Shown: in pieces, positions 42,020 through 51,839 of the stretch
How positions within the stretch are numbered: position 1 is the stretch's first letter
Layout of the letters: each line of letters starts with the position of its first letter
Origin: a virus
Length of the DNA: 64,000 nucleotides
Virus record (IMG/VR): IMGVR_UViG_3300017987_000063
Location: 26,972 to 90,971 of that record
Reading direction: 5' to 3' (one strand)
Notes under the pieces: model-generated
Seen by the model: only the letters and a program-made list of their open reading frames with translations
The model's database searches: none
What the model was told of the DNA's origin: nothing
Program-made: the position numbers and the translations under genes

Positions 42020-44937
42020 GACCCTTGATTAGATATAGCCCGCTCGACCATGTTCTGAACTTTCGTCTGAACTGCGCTCCATATCTGGTTACCATCGAGA
42101 TACAGTTTACTGGTAAGCTGCATGGTATTTTGAAGGTTAATATTGGACGTAACCTGTGTGGGGCCTCCTCCGCCCCTTTCCGATGCCACTGGCCCCGCCT
42201 GTCCCGGTGAAGCCGTTGCCGCCGCTGCGGGAGCCCTTCCGCCCCTGCCCGTAAACATACTTACAAACATGCCGCCCGCCAAATCCATTTGTTTTAAAGC
42301 CACTCCACCGGCAGTGGCAAGGGGAGCCATTTGATTGGCCAGTGCCGCCTTGCCTATATCGGCAAGATTTTTAATCGCCTCCTGTGCGTTTTTAGGTGTT
42401 TTTTCTATCTTTTTAGCGGGCTTCATCAGGGCTTCAAGGAAAGTATTCAGCCGCTTAAAAGGGTCTCTCTCATTCTTTTTTTCGACCGCTGTTAAGGCAT
42501 CCTGCCACCGCTGTGTTTCAACCACCATTTGGGTCAACGGCTTAATGGTTTGCTGCATCGCTGCGGCCTGTTGCTTGGCAGCATCTGCCTCCATATACAT
42601 GCCATCCGCCGCCTCTCGCGCAATCGGGCCTGTGCGTTTTAACTCTTTATTGGACTTTTTTTCAGACTTAAAAACATCATTCCAAATTCCTTTAATATCT
42701 CCACCCTTTTCGAGCAGCCAACTAAGCACCGGAATATCCGAAAAAGTGTCTGAGATAAGCGTTTTTAAATTACCCAGCAGGGTCGCCACCTGATTATATA
42801 AATACTGAAATGCGGCTATAATAGGCCCCACGACGCTCATAACAGGCTCTTTTATAGACTCCCATACTGACAATGCCTTTGCTTTAATAGCCTCTAAAAA
42901 TGGCGTAACTCGTTCTTTAAGGGTTGAAAAGGCACTGCTTCCCCACCCCGCTATTTTCGAGAACATATTTTTATAAACGCCGCCAATATAAACCGCAGTA
43001 GATTTAAACCATCCCCCGATTGAAACCGCCAGCGATTTTAGCCTGCCTCCAAGCGAAGCAAATGCTCCTTTTATCCTATCGGCAACGGCAGAGGCTATCC
43101 CACCCATCCACTTAAAAGCCGCCGCCACGCCTTTGATTGCGCCCATAAAAAGACCGCCCAAAAGGTAGTTTGCGACTCGTGCTATAACAATTCCAACTTT
43201 AATAATTGTCGAGGCTATTTTTGCCACAAATCCTATGACTTTGGCGATAGCAATAGCAGCCTTGAAAAAAGGTGTAAGTATGTACTGAAAAATAGCCGCC
43301 GCAATCTTTGCGCTGGTTCCAATTATACCTGTACCCATACCTCCTGCCGCTCCGACAAGGCTAGATAGGGCACCATATATTGTCCTAACAAGCTCTATCA
43401 CCGGAGAAAGAGCCTCTTTTATAGCGTTAAATTGGGCTATTATAAAGTCTCCAAGACCAGCCCTCCAGATAGCCCGCAATGCAAAAAACCCCGCCACAAG
43501 CAACCCGATTACCAACACCACCGGCCATAAGGCTGCCCATAATGCTGTTAAAACGGCAGTAAAAAACGCCCCTGCGCCACCTGCTACACCAAACGCAACG
43601 GCCATTGCCCCTATAGAAATTGCGGCTCCTATAGCTAAAGCACCCAAAATTAAAAGACCTCCCACCACGATAAGAAGCACGGAAGCGAATAACATCATAT
43701 ATGCAATAATCTTTTTCGTTGTTGGAGACAGATTTACGAGCCACTCTCCTACTTTTGCGCCGATATCTAGCAGTCTTTTAAACAAGGGCAGCAGTTTATC
43801 CCCAAGCTGTATGGCAAACGTCTTTATAGTGCCGGAGAAGGTAGCCCATCGGGAGCCTAACGTGCCCATCTGTTTTTCAAATCCGGATTGAACTGCCGTG
43901 CCTTCCTCCCATAACTGATTGCCCATATTAAGAACATCCGTCAACTTAGTGCCTGTCGCGGTGGTCTTTTTCATCTCGTCCCTGAAACCACTGGCCACCG
44001 CCTGCGCGAAAGTACCGGAAATTCCAAACGCCTGCATTGTCTGCGTCCACTGTTCGTTCGTCTGCTGGGCAGCCGACCCCATAAATTTCAGGAAAAGCTC
44101 CTGCGCCATTTGCGCTTTTTCCGCTCCCGCAGGCAGGTTCTGCATCGTGGTTATCTGCTGCTCGGTAACACCGGTCATGGCGGCCATAGCCTTTTTATTC
44201 TTTAACAAGGCCATAAACACCAGATTCATGTTGGTGCCCGCCCGCTCCGAGCTTATACCCGCATTCCGCATAACCGCCGCGAAAGCTGCTGTCTGCTGAA
44301 CATTAAACCCAAACTGCCGCGCACCCACTTGCGCCCGCAGGGTAATATCTGAAATCTCGGTTGCCGTGCCAACTGAAACCATATCAAGGCGGGATAATAC
44401 AGATGCCAGCCTGTTCGCGTCTTTCATATTAACTCCGAACACGTTAGACAGGGTCGCAAAAGACTGGGCCGCTCCCTCAACAGAGAAATCCGTCTGCTGC
44501 GCCATCATAACGGCAGCTTTGCCAATCTTTATCATGGCTTCTTCGCCTTCAATACCGAATTTGGCCGCTATAATAGACGCATCCGCAAGCTCTTGCGCTG
44601 AAATAGGAAGAGGGGCAGCCGCCTTAAATATGGCCTCCTTCAAATCCCCAAGCTGGTCGGTTGTCTTACCGGTAAGAATGGCCATTTGAGCCATAGAGCC
44701 TTCAAATGTTGCAGCCTGCTTAACACCATAGGCCAAAACGCCCCCTATAGCCACGCCTGCGCCCACAAAAGCCTTACCTGTAGTCATCATGGCCTGCTGC
44801 GCCATCATCGCCTTAGACTGCATCGTGGTGGCTCTTCCGGCCACCTCTTTTATGGCACCGCTTATACCCCGCAGTCCGGCGGAGGCCGCATCTTCCAAGA
44901 TAAACCGGAGACCAAATACTGCTGAACCTGCTGGCAT
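42016..44937 (-). CDS. Tail tape measure protein (TP901-like core)
   Basis: Ala/Gly-rich helical protein with GISSERAGT, a TM region and Trp-spaced repeats. Confidence 0.9.
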   Translation of the reverse strand: MPAGSAVFGLRFILEDAASAGLRGISGAIKEVAGRATTMQSKAMMAQQAMMTTGKAFVGAGVAIGGVLAYGVKQAATFEGSMAQMAILTGKTTDQLGDLKEAIFKAAAPLPISAQELADASIIAAKFGIEGEEAMIKIGKAAVMMAQQTDFSVEGAAQSFATLSNVFGVNMKDANRLASVLSRLDMVSVGTATEISDITLRAQVGARQFGFNVQQTAAFAAVMRNAGISSERAGTNMNLVFMALLKNKKAMAAMTGVTEQQITTMQNLPAGAEKAQMAQELFLKFMGSAAQQTNEQWTQTMQAFGISGTFAQAVASGFRDEMKKTTATGTKLTDVLNMGNQLWEEGTAVQSGFEKQMGTLGSRWATFSGTIKTFAIQLGDKLLPLFKRLLDIGAKVGEWLVNLSPTTKKIIAYMMLFASVLLIVVGGLLILGALAIGAAISIGAMAVAFGVAGGAGAFFTAVLTALWAALWPVVLVIGLLVAGFFALRAIWRAGLGDFIIAQFNAIKEALSPVIELVRTIYGALSSLVGAAGGMGTGIIGTSAKIAAAIFQYILTPFFKAAIAIAKVIGFVAKIASTIIKVGIVIARVANYLLGGLFMGAIKGVAAAFKWMGGIASAVADRIKGAFASLGGRLKSLAVSIGGWFKSTAVYIGGVYKNMFSKIAGWGSSAFSTLKERVTPFLEAIKAKALSVWESIKEPVMSVVGPIIAAFQYLYNQVATLLGNLKTLISDTFSDIPVLSWLLEKGGDIKGIWNDVFKSEKKSNKELKRTGPIAREAADGMYMEADAAKQQAAAMQQTIKPLTQMVVETQRWQDALTAVEKKNERDPFKRLNTFLEALMKPAKKIEKTPKNAQEAIKNLADIGKAALANQMAPLATAGGVALKQMDLAGGMFVSMFTGRGGRAPAAAATASPGQAGPVASERGGGGPTQVTSNINLQNTMQLTSKLYLDGNQIWSAVQTKVQNMVERAISNQGS

Positions 44938-44943
44938 TCGTTT

Positions 44944-45183
44944 TTACCTTTTACGCTTTGATCGAGAACGCGCTCTGGCGGCTGCCGCTTCGTCTCGTCT
45001 TCGCTGTTCTTCTAGCACGTCCCATGTCATCCAATAAAATTTTTCAAGCTCTACAAGGGGCATCCAGAGCATATCGTCCCATTGCCAACCCAGTTGATTG
45101 GCTAAAAGCCACATCATTCTGTCAACCGAGTCGTCTCCTCTCTCTCCCTTTTCCGCCGCTCCTGCGCCCCCCGGAAGAAAAAA
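44944..45183 (-). CDS. -1 frameshift extension of the tail assembly chaperone (G-T type)
   Basis: Slippery T TTT TTC at 45177-45183; the -1 frame encodes LANQLGWQWDDMLWMP. Confidence 0.65.
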   Translation of the reverse strand, partial: FFLPGGAGAAEKGERGDDSVDRMMWLLANQLGWQWDDMLWMPLVELEKFYWMTWDVLEEQRRRDEAAAARARSRSKRKR

Positions 45184-45995
45184 CTCAGTATGTCCAAAGA
45201 GACAACCGTCTCGCTTCCGCAAGCCTCGCAACTCATGGTGGGCATTAAATCCGGCCCGCGCCGATATTCTACTGTTGCATCGTCAAATGCCTCTAACACG
45301 GGCAGGGGCAGGTCTTCTACCTGATAAAACGTAAGGGGCGGCCCATTATTAAAACTCATCATCATCTGGCTTATTAAGAAGTTAAACCCCTCCGCTATGT
45401 TTCCCGATTTTCGGCGGGCAAGTTTTTCCTGCATTTCACCATCTGGCCACATAAGCGTACATTCCACAATCCGTAGCTCTGGCCTGCTGAACTTGAATAC
45501 TCGCCGTCCATCTCGAATACTTCGCTGCTCTTCTTCGGTCATTTCCTTAATCGGCAGCGAGTTAATATCCACCTCAATATCAAGCTCCACGCCGCAAGTT
45601 GGACACCGTGTTCGCGCCAATAGCTTATCGCCATGAGTAATCTGGCTCAATTTAAGGAGAATAAAATCCCTATCTCCGACCAGTAATTTCCGAATCTCGC
45701 CAGTCGCAATTGGCCGATAATCTGGGCCGATACCGATCAACCGCTGTTTTATAAGCTCGGTAGTCATGGCTGCCTGATTCTGCTGAAATTTAGGCTCAAA
45801 AAGCAGCTTCCTGTCGCGCCCTGTAAGCGGGGTCAACTTAATATCCTTTAACACCGTGCCATCTTCAAGCAAAAGGCCGCAAGGAAGCACAAAACTGTAC
45901 TCCAGTGCGGCCTTCTGTGAGGAGGGAGGTGCCTTATCAACACCAACTGCGGGGCTTTGTCTTTCCGTACCCTCTACTTTTTTATTTTCGTCCAC
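45114..45995 (-). CDS. Tail assembly chaperone / baseplate hub assembly protein
   Basis: LPCG...LTGRD...LLVGDRDFILL...CPTCG...CEACG; sits between the tube and tape measure genes. Confidence 0.75.
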   Translation of the reverse strand: MDENKKVEGTERQSPAVGVDKAPPSSQKAALEYSFVLPCGLLLEDGTVLKDIKLTPLTGRDRKLLFEPKFQQNQAAMTTELIKQRLIGIGPDYRPIATGEIRKLLVGDRDFILLKLSQITHGDKLLARTRCPTCGVELDIEVDINSLPIKEMTEEEQRSIRDGRRVFKFSRPELRIVECTLMWPDGEMQEKLARRKSGNIAEGFNFLISQMMMSFNNGPPLTFYQVEDLPLPVLEAFDDATVEYRRGPDLMPTMSCEACGSETVVSLDILSFFFRGAQERRKREREETTRLTE

Positions 45996-46061
45996 TTGAA
46001 CCTCCTCGCCCGTAGCCGCTTAATAGATCAAGCCTTTACGGGCAATTCAAAGGGTTATTTG

Positions 46062-46286
46062 TTACGACGTAACGCCGACCTCCTCGGTGGTGTCATCCGA
46101 CATCTCCGAGACCATATCCGGTATGGTTAAGCCGAGCGCGGCTGTGGTGTTTATAACGTCCACCGCCCCCTTCAGCGTCAATATATCCCGCGTCACCGCG
46201 TTCAATAGCTGCTTCAGATTCGGGTCTGAAGACGCAGGGGTAAGATGCGCTCCACCGCTACCCATATCCTTCGGAACTTTCGCCAT
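46062..46286 (-). CDS. Hypothetical protein
   Basis: AAGGAGG RBS. Confidence 0.6.
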   Translation of the reverse strand: MAKVPKDMGSGGAHLTPASSDPNLKQLLNAVTRDILTLKGAVDVINTTAALGLTIPDMVSEMSDDTTEEVGVTS

Positions 46287-46317
46287 TTTTGCCTCCTTAT
46301 AGATTTTTTACAGGCTC

Positions 46318-46860
46318 TTATCTGCCCGCTACTTGGTCAAGAACGTCTTTGAGAGAGCCAGAAGAACTGGAATTCCGCACCAGAACGTGACCTTCGTTTG
46401 CAAGCTCGACCCGCTCCAACACGACATCCGAAGAACTCGCATCGAAAGAGTCAATCTCATAAACCGCAGGCCAGCATTCGTAGATATGCCATGCCTTCAC
46501 CTCGTTCCCGCTGTAATCCTTCAGGACGACCTCCAGATCGGCGCGGAACTGGTCTTCCGGCAGCCCCTGTCCAGCATGAACGGGAACGGCCACCTGATCG
46601 CGCCATTTCTGCAAGGCATTGTCCACGGATAAACCGCGCTCAAGGACGATATTGTCATAGTTGCTTATGCCGGGCAGTTTTCGGACTTGACCTCCATCCA
46701 ATCCCTCGCGATATTCCACCACCTCGGTCTCCGACCGTATGCCGGAAACGGTGCGGAAGCCTGCAAGGGTCACTCCACCCAGCGTCCTCACCTCGAAGCG
46801 GAATCCCCTGTACGGGTCAACCCGCTTTCCTGTTACCGTGAAACTGGATTCGTTCGCCAT
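46318..46860 (-). CDS. Tail tube protein (T4 gp19-like)
   Basis: DPYRGFRFEV...AGF..VSG...EVVEYREG...KLPG...LERG. Confidence 0.92.
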   Translation of the reverse strand: MANESSFTVTGKRVDPYRGFRFEVRTLGGVTLAGFRTVSGIRSETEVVEYREGLDGGQVRKLPGISNYDNIVLERGLSVDNALQKWRDQVAVPVHAGQGLPEDQFRADLEVVLKDYSGNEVKAWHIYECWPAVYEIDSFDASSSDVVLERVELANEGHVLVRNSSSSGSLKDVLDQVAGR

Positions 46861-46872
46861 TGTTACCTCCTC

Positions 46873-48858
46873 TTATAGCTCCGCAGTGCTTCCGCCGCCG
46901 CTGAACAGGGCGAACTCGAAGATGATTTGCTCGGCAGGCGGAGCAGGCCGGACACCGACCACACCCTTTACCTTACCGGCATTTACCACACTGTCGGGGT
47001 TCGTTTCCCTGTCAACCTTGACATAAGCCGCCTGCTGGAAATTCGTAGATGGGAAAAGCTGACCGCCCAGCCATAACCGGCGCAGGAATTGATTTATGGC
47101 CCCCGCAATTTCGTTCCAGAGGCTTTCCGAAATAGGTTCAAACACGAACCTTTCGGCATACTCCTGCACGCTTTCCTTGACATAGTTAAGGAACCTGCGG
47201 GTAGACACGAACTGCCTGCCATCCCGCAGGCCGGTAAGTGTCCGCGCCCCATAAACCCGTATCTGCCTGCCGGGGAATATGCGAATAAGGTTAATTCCCA
47301 ACTCGTTGACCTGCTCTTGGTCAAGCCGTGAAAAGTTTGCAACGAGTCCGATAACCTCATCCCCCATAAGCTCATTGGCCGGGGCCTTGTTTACTCCGCG
47401 AGTATTCGATACATCCGCATAAATTCCCGCTATCCTGCCAGAGGGAGGTAGCTGTAGCGTTTGATCGGCTATTTCGGGGTCTTGTTCAATTTCCCACGGG
47501 GCATATAAGGCAGCATAGCTACTGTCAACGCCCAGTGTGTTCAATCGAAAGTCCTTTAACTCCTCGATACTGTCTGCCGCCTGTGGCGCATCCATTATCG
47601 CAATAGAATCTCCCCTGTCCACCACATACTCATTCAGTCCTTTAAGAACTGCCGCTGTGGTAACGCCGGGAATCGCTATCATGGATATGGCATCGACCAC
47701 GTCAAACATTTTTAACCCGTGAATATTTGGAACCAGCGTATTTGTGCCGAGATAATCGGCATCCGTGGGGGCCACACCATCCAATCCGCCAGATGGAACC
47801 AGAATGTCAGACGTTGGGTAAATCGATGCCCTAAAAGCTCCTGCCGCGTGACCGGCATCCGCCGCGTCAACGTAAATCGAGGGATTGGTCTCCCCTGTCA
47901 GGCGGTTATCCACATAATCCGCCTTGTTCTCTGTTTCAAGGGACAGATATTCATGAACTTCAACCACGTTTCCGCCTTCTACCACGGACAAGTTAAAGGC
48001 CAGAGTCGTGCAGAAGGCATCTACCGCAACGGTGGTAGCCGCGCCCGCAATATCCGTGTTTAGCTCGGTAATCTGCACGTTGTAGCCATTTACGGCGGTT
48101 ACCCGTGCCTCTACCAGAACATGCGAAGCCAGCGTTCCGCTGTAAAACACTATCAAATCCCCAATTTTCAGAGATGAAGTGTTATTCAACACCAGCATTC
48201 CGCTTCCTTGCGTATAGGCAGCGCGAAGAGTTGTCCGCGCCCTGTGTTTCGAAGTGGTCGTAACAACCGTTCCGGCGGCAAATCCGGCCACTACCACGAT
48301 GGCGGTATGCAGGCGAAGCTTCTTGGTGGCAACGTCCACCGCGACCACATAGAAATACTCCTGTACCGAGCCATCATCCACCTTGATATAATCTCCCGGC
48401 TGGAATCCGCCCACCGATGTTACGGTAAGCTCGTCCGTACCCGATGCTGCGCCTGCCGTAAGTGTGGTGCTCTGGCTGGGCACAAAAATCTCTATGTTGT
48501 TAGCCCATTCTCCTTTCCAGCGAGCGGTCACATTCAGGGTGGGATTGCTATCCTCAAATCCATCAATATCGCCGCTTGCCTTAGCCGCTCCTGCGCCGAC
48601 CACCCTGCCAACATAAAGGAATCTTCCGCCTCTCAAGAAGAAGTCTCTAGCCGCATAAGCCAGAAAATTCCCCTCAAAAAAGCTTCCATAGAGCCGCGTA
48701 AATTCAGGGAAACTGGTCGCCAAAAGAGACAGATCGTCCGGCCCTCTTTCGGCTATTCCCACAAAACCTGCAACCTCGGCGGAAACTCCTTCGATGGCAG
48801 GGGGAACTTGACGTTCAAACACGTCCACGCCCGGCGCATTTATTATCCTATTCGCCAT
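46873..48858 (-). CDS. Contractile tail sheath protein
   Basis: APGVDVFE...GFVGIAERGP, AALYAPW, PPSG, KAPANE and GARTL. Confidence 0.95.
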   Translation of the reverse strand: MANRIINAPGVDVFERQVPPAIEGVSAEVAGFVGIAERGPDDLSLLATSFPEFTRLYGSFFEGNFLAYAARDFFLRGGRFLYVGRVVGAGAAKASGDIDGFEDSNPTLNVTARWKGEWANNIEIFVPSQSTTLTAGAASGTDELTVTSVGGFQPGDYIKVDDGSVQEYFYVVAVDVATKKLRLHTAIVVVAGFAAGTVVTTTSKHRARTTLRAAYTQGSGMLVLNNTSSLKIGDLIVFYSGTLASHVLVEARVTAVNGYNVQITELNTDIAGAATTVAVDAFCTTLAFNLSVVEGGNVVEVHEYLSLETENKADYVDNRLTGETNPSIYVDAADAGHAAGAFRASIYPTSDILVPSGGLDGVAPTDADYLGTNTLVPNIHGLKMFDVVDAISMIAIPGVTTAAVLKGLNEYVVDRGDSIAIMDAPQAADSIEELKDFRLNTLGVDSSYAALYAPWEIEQDPEIADQTLQLPPSGRIAGIYADVSNTRGVNKAPANELMGDEVIGLVANFSRLDQEQVNELGINLIRIFPGRQIRVYGARTLTGLRDGRQFVSTRRFLNYVKESVQEYAERFVFEPISESLWNEIAGAINQFLRRLWLGGQLFPSTNFQQAAYVKVDRETNPDSVVNAGKVKGVVGVRPAPPAEQIIFEFALFSGGGSTAEL

Positions 48859-49156
48859 TCTTTACCTCCTTCTTTGTGCCCTTCTTGCTCGTGCTTTTTT
48901 TCTCATCCTCCATGATATCCGCTAGAGGAATCTCCGCAGGAGCGGGCGAAGGAGCACTCGCTTTACCTTTTACTTGAATTATCGCGATCCTTCCATCCCG
49001 TACCAGCTTAACAGGCTCCCCGCGAGTAGCCACGTCATCCGGATAAGTCTCTTCGGATTCTCCTTTTGCCTTTAGATATAAAGACTTAAACCGGCCATCC
49101 GCGAGCAGCAGGTTCAGCGATACAGGATATTTGGTCGTATTTTTAAACCGAATCAT
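48848..49156 (-). CDS. Hypothetical virion-associated protein
   Basis: Tiles upstream of the sheath gene. Confidence 0.6.
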   Translation of the reverse strand: MIRFKNTTKYPVSLNLLLADGRFKSLYLKAKGESEETYPDDVATRGEPVKLVRDGRIAIIQVKGKASAPSPAPAEIPLADIMEDEKKSTSKKGTKKEVKNGE

Positions 49157-49166
49157 CAGTTTCCTC

Positions 49167-50432
49167 CTATGTCATCATCGGCGGATTCTCTATTATATTA
49201 CCAGATATCACGCCGATTTCAATACTCGTAGCGATAGGCCGCTGAATATACGGGCTTCGCCACGCTTTACCCTGTACCTGAAATTCAACCAGAGCTTCAT
49301 GCCATCCCTCTCTCTCGTCTGAACTTAGCTCAAAATAATTATACTCGACGATGGGAAACTCCTGTGCCGTAGCCAGTGAGACGATAGGGTTACCCAAACT
49401 CCGGCCTTTCACTCGAAACAGGTCATGCACCGCATCCACCATAGCCCTCATTTGCTGCTCGTACTTAGCCACCGAGTAAATCCGCACCGTCATTAACTCG
49501 GTCTGCGGCCATTCCCTGATTCTCGCTATTCCAAGTGCCTCATTTATCAGAACTTCCTTTGAGCCTATCTGACTTTCAGGAAGGTCATCCTCGCTGGTGT
49601 CAATGCGTACCGTATACAGGGGCATATTGGCTTTAACATATTCTTCGTCCGCGTGCATTGATACCTTTTCAATTCGCCCGCGCCATTCAATGTCCAGCAC
49701 ATCGCCCACTGTAAGGCCGCCCGTGTTAATCATTATATAAGCATCCCCGAAAGGCCCGGTGGCCAGATTTGTCTGCCTGCCGGGATCGGTGGTAATATTC
49801 CAAACGCCAATCACTTCGCTCACGGGAAAGGAGTGTAAAACCGGAAGCTGGCCTCCTACCGGTATAGCCTTGAGTGTCTGCTCGTACTGTACGAGAGGCC
49901 GAGCCTGTTTTAACAGGCGGATCAACGTTTGGGCAATATCAGTGGCAGGGTTATACCGGTATTCCAGTCCAAGCTCCACCATTCCAATCCACGGAGTGCC
50001 AAGTCTGTCCGGTGTCGCCTGTAGTTTTAACCGGAATCGTACCTGCGGGGTCGCACTTGCGCCTCCTCCCCTGAAGAAAAACGGCAAGCCGGAATTTAGC
50101 TGGCCAATACTATTCCAGTTTCCATCGTTGACCCAGTTAGCCCCATCCCACCGATACCATGTAGTGCCTCCATCATTTGATAGTTGGACAAGAACCGCCG
50201 AACCTGTTGGGGCATATCCTACCCCGCGCAGCGAAAATAATTCCTGTAGGCCCGTTATAACCTTATTCGGAAAAATAACCTCACCCTCCGGCTCCACCAA
50301 GTCGGTGTTTAAAGGCGAAGGCTCCCCATTGGCATCCCTTCGGATAAGCTTCAACACGTTATTCACGACCACAATCTTGGTCGGGTCAAACACGAGATCG
50401 GCCTCGCGGGGTATGTACCACAAACTCGGCAT
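49167..50432 (-). CDS. Putative tail terminator / neck protein
   Basis: Position between the head-closure genes and the sheath. Confidence 0.55.
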   Translation of the reverse strand: MPSLWYIPREADLVFDPTKIVVVNNVLKLIRRDANGEPSPLNTDLVEPEGEVIFPNKVITGLQELFSLRGVGYAPTGSAVLVQLSNDGGTTWYRWDGANWVNDGNWNSIGQLNSGLPFFFRGGGASATPQVRFRLKLQATPDRLGTPWIGMVELGLEYRYNPATDIAQTLIRLLKQARPLVQYEQTLKAIPVGGQLPVLHSFPVSEVIGVWNITTDPGRQTNLATGPFGDAYIMINTGGLTVGDVLDIEWRGRIEKVSMHADEEYVKANMPLYTVRIDTSEDDLPESQIGSKEVLINEALGIARIREWPQTELMTVRIYSVAKYEQQMRAMVDAVHDLFRVKGRSLGNPIVSLATAQEFPIVEYNYFELSSDEREGWHEALVEFQVQGKAWRSPYIQRPIATSIEIGVISGNIIENPPMMT

Positions 50433-50905
50433 TATCCTCCAAGCTCCCACCAAATTAACACGCCAATTTTGCTATCCGTCCCGATGCGTTGTAACTCCGG
50501 CTCGGTTTCCCTCACAGTCGGGGCAACCACTGGCCTCGGCGGTATGGTAGACGTGCCTTTTTCCTGATAGGCCATAAGGGTCGCCACATTGAGCTTGCGG
50601 TGTCCCCTGTCGGGATGAAGTCCAGCCGTGTAATCACATGAGCCGTGCCTGCGAACCTCAACGAGCGATGCCAGCAGGCCGGTCTCCACCAACTTCGTTC
50701 CGGAACCTTTACGGGCTACCGTGCCGGCGGCCAATGCGGGGCCTTCTGCCGCGCCAGATAAAATTGCATCCTCTAAATTTCGCGCCATAACATCGGCCAT
50801 ATCCGATAACACGCCATCGCCGACCTTTTTCAAAGCCCGCGCCATGTTACCGGGGTTGGTTACCCGCATAGCCTTAGCCCAGTCTCCTATCTTTTTAACA
50901 ATCAT
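50432..50905 (-). CDS. Tail completion / virion morphogenesis protein
   Basis: LAAGTVARKGS...LVETG...YQEKGTSTIPPRP. Confidence 0.75.
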   Translation of the reverse strand: MIVKKIGDWAKAMRVTNPGNMARALKKVGDGVLSDMADVMARNLEDAILSGAAEGPALAAGTVARKGSGTKLVETGLLASLVEVRRHGSCDYTAGLHPDRGHRKLNVATLMAYQEKGTSTIPPRPVVAPTVRETEPELQRIGTDSKIGVLIWWELGG

Positions 50906-51105
50906 TTCTCGCTCGTGCTTCCCTTATCGTCATACTTTTTCATAAAACTTGGCAGTTCTACTTCAACACCTGATTCCTCGGCTACACTCTGGAGATATTC
51001 GAAGAATTTACGGTGTGCTTCCCTGTTTGTCTCAAGAGCCTGCTTTAGCAGGTCTCCATTATCTTTAGGGCTTCTTTTTTTCTTCCGTTTTTCCAGCATT
51101 TTCAT
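50902..51105 (-). CDS. Hypothetical protein
   Basis: Overlaps neighbouring genes in tiling fashion. Confidence 0.5.
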   Translation of the reverse strand: MKMLEKRKKKRSPKDNGDLLKQALETNREAHRKFFEYLQSVAEESGVEVELPSFMKKYDDKGSTSEK

Positions 51106-51355
51106 TGCGTAGATAGCCCATTATGGTCTGGTTCATAAGTTGCACGACTCCCACCAGTTGACTTTGGGTTACCTGTAAGCCGGTTAAAGCCACCGAGTTA
51201 TTCTGTAACGCCTCAATCAAGGCCATCCGCTCTTGATCCCTGCTCTTTAGCAGGTCTTTAAGCACCGACCTTATAAATGCCGTACCAATTAAAATACTCA
51301 AGCCGAGCAGCCCCAGTGCGCCAAATTGCAGCCATTCTGTGGGAGATATGCCCAT
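51065..51355 (-). CDS. Single-TM coiled-coil protein (holin-like)
   Basis: WLQFGALGLLGLSILIG followed by a coiled coil. Confidence 0.55.
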   Translation of the reverse strand: MGISPTEWLQFGALGLLGLSILIGTAFIRSVLKDLLKSRDQERMALIEALQNNSVALTGLQVTQSQLVGVVQLMNQTIMGYLRNENAGKTEEKKKP

Positions 51356-51369
51356 AGTTTAGCCTCCGG

Positions 51370-51612
51370 TTACACCTTCTCCGTTCTCAATTGCCCATTA
51401 TTTTCGATATACACCATCCATTTCGAGCCATCCGGCGAAGTCATAATAACATTCTGCGGATACTCGTCCAGCCGCTCCACCTTACGAATAGGGTGCGCGG
51501 GATTATTCGGGCATTGTGTTGGTTTCAGTTTACTTTCCACCTGTCCGCCTGCACAGACAGTGCAGAACACATACCAGACCTTTACTTTATCTTTTTTATC
51601 GGGTTTGGCCAT
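51370..51612 (-). CDS. Small zinc-binding hypothetical protein
   Basis: CTVC...CPNNPAH and SPDGSKW. Confidence 0.6.
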   Translation of the reverse strand: MAKPDKKDKVKVWYVFCTVCAGGQVESKLKPTQCPNNPAHPIRKVERLDEYPQNVIMTSPDGSKWMVYIENNGQLRTEKV

Positions 51613-51622
51613 TTTTTACCTC

Positions 51623-51838
51623 TTATGGGTCAAGCGGAGGAAGCGCGGCTATTATGCCATCCAGAATTGTCTTGTTCCCCGCATCCAAATCGGTCTCAAA
51701 ATAAACGTGGAGAAGCTCCAAAGCCTCTTCCCATGTTGCGCCCTGTTGCGATTTATTGGTCATCGCACTGCCGTCAATATCGCTCCACAGGTCATCGAGA
51801 TAGGGCTGCACCATCTTGGTGTAGTCATAAACTGCCAT
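51623..51838 (-). CDS. Hypothetical protein
   Basis: Tiles in the operon. Confidence 0.55.
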   Translation of the reverse strand: MAVYDYTKMVQPYLDDLWSDIDGSAMTNKSQQGATWEEALELLHVYFETDLDAGNKTILDGIIAALPPLDP

Positions 51839-51839
51839 T

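Noticed and set aside
32018-48858. Stand-alone eCIS or tailocin
   Set aside because: Portal, protease, capsid and replication genes are contiguous, so this is a phage.
49804-49820. Possible extra palindrome copy (CAATCACTT core)
   Set aside because: Only 9 contiguous bases match and the arms are broken, so it was not counted even though the position fits the spacing.
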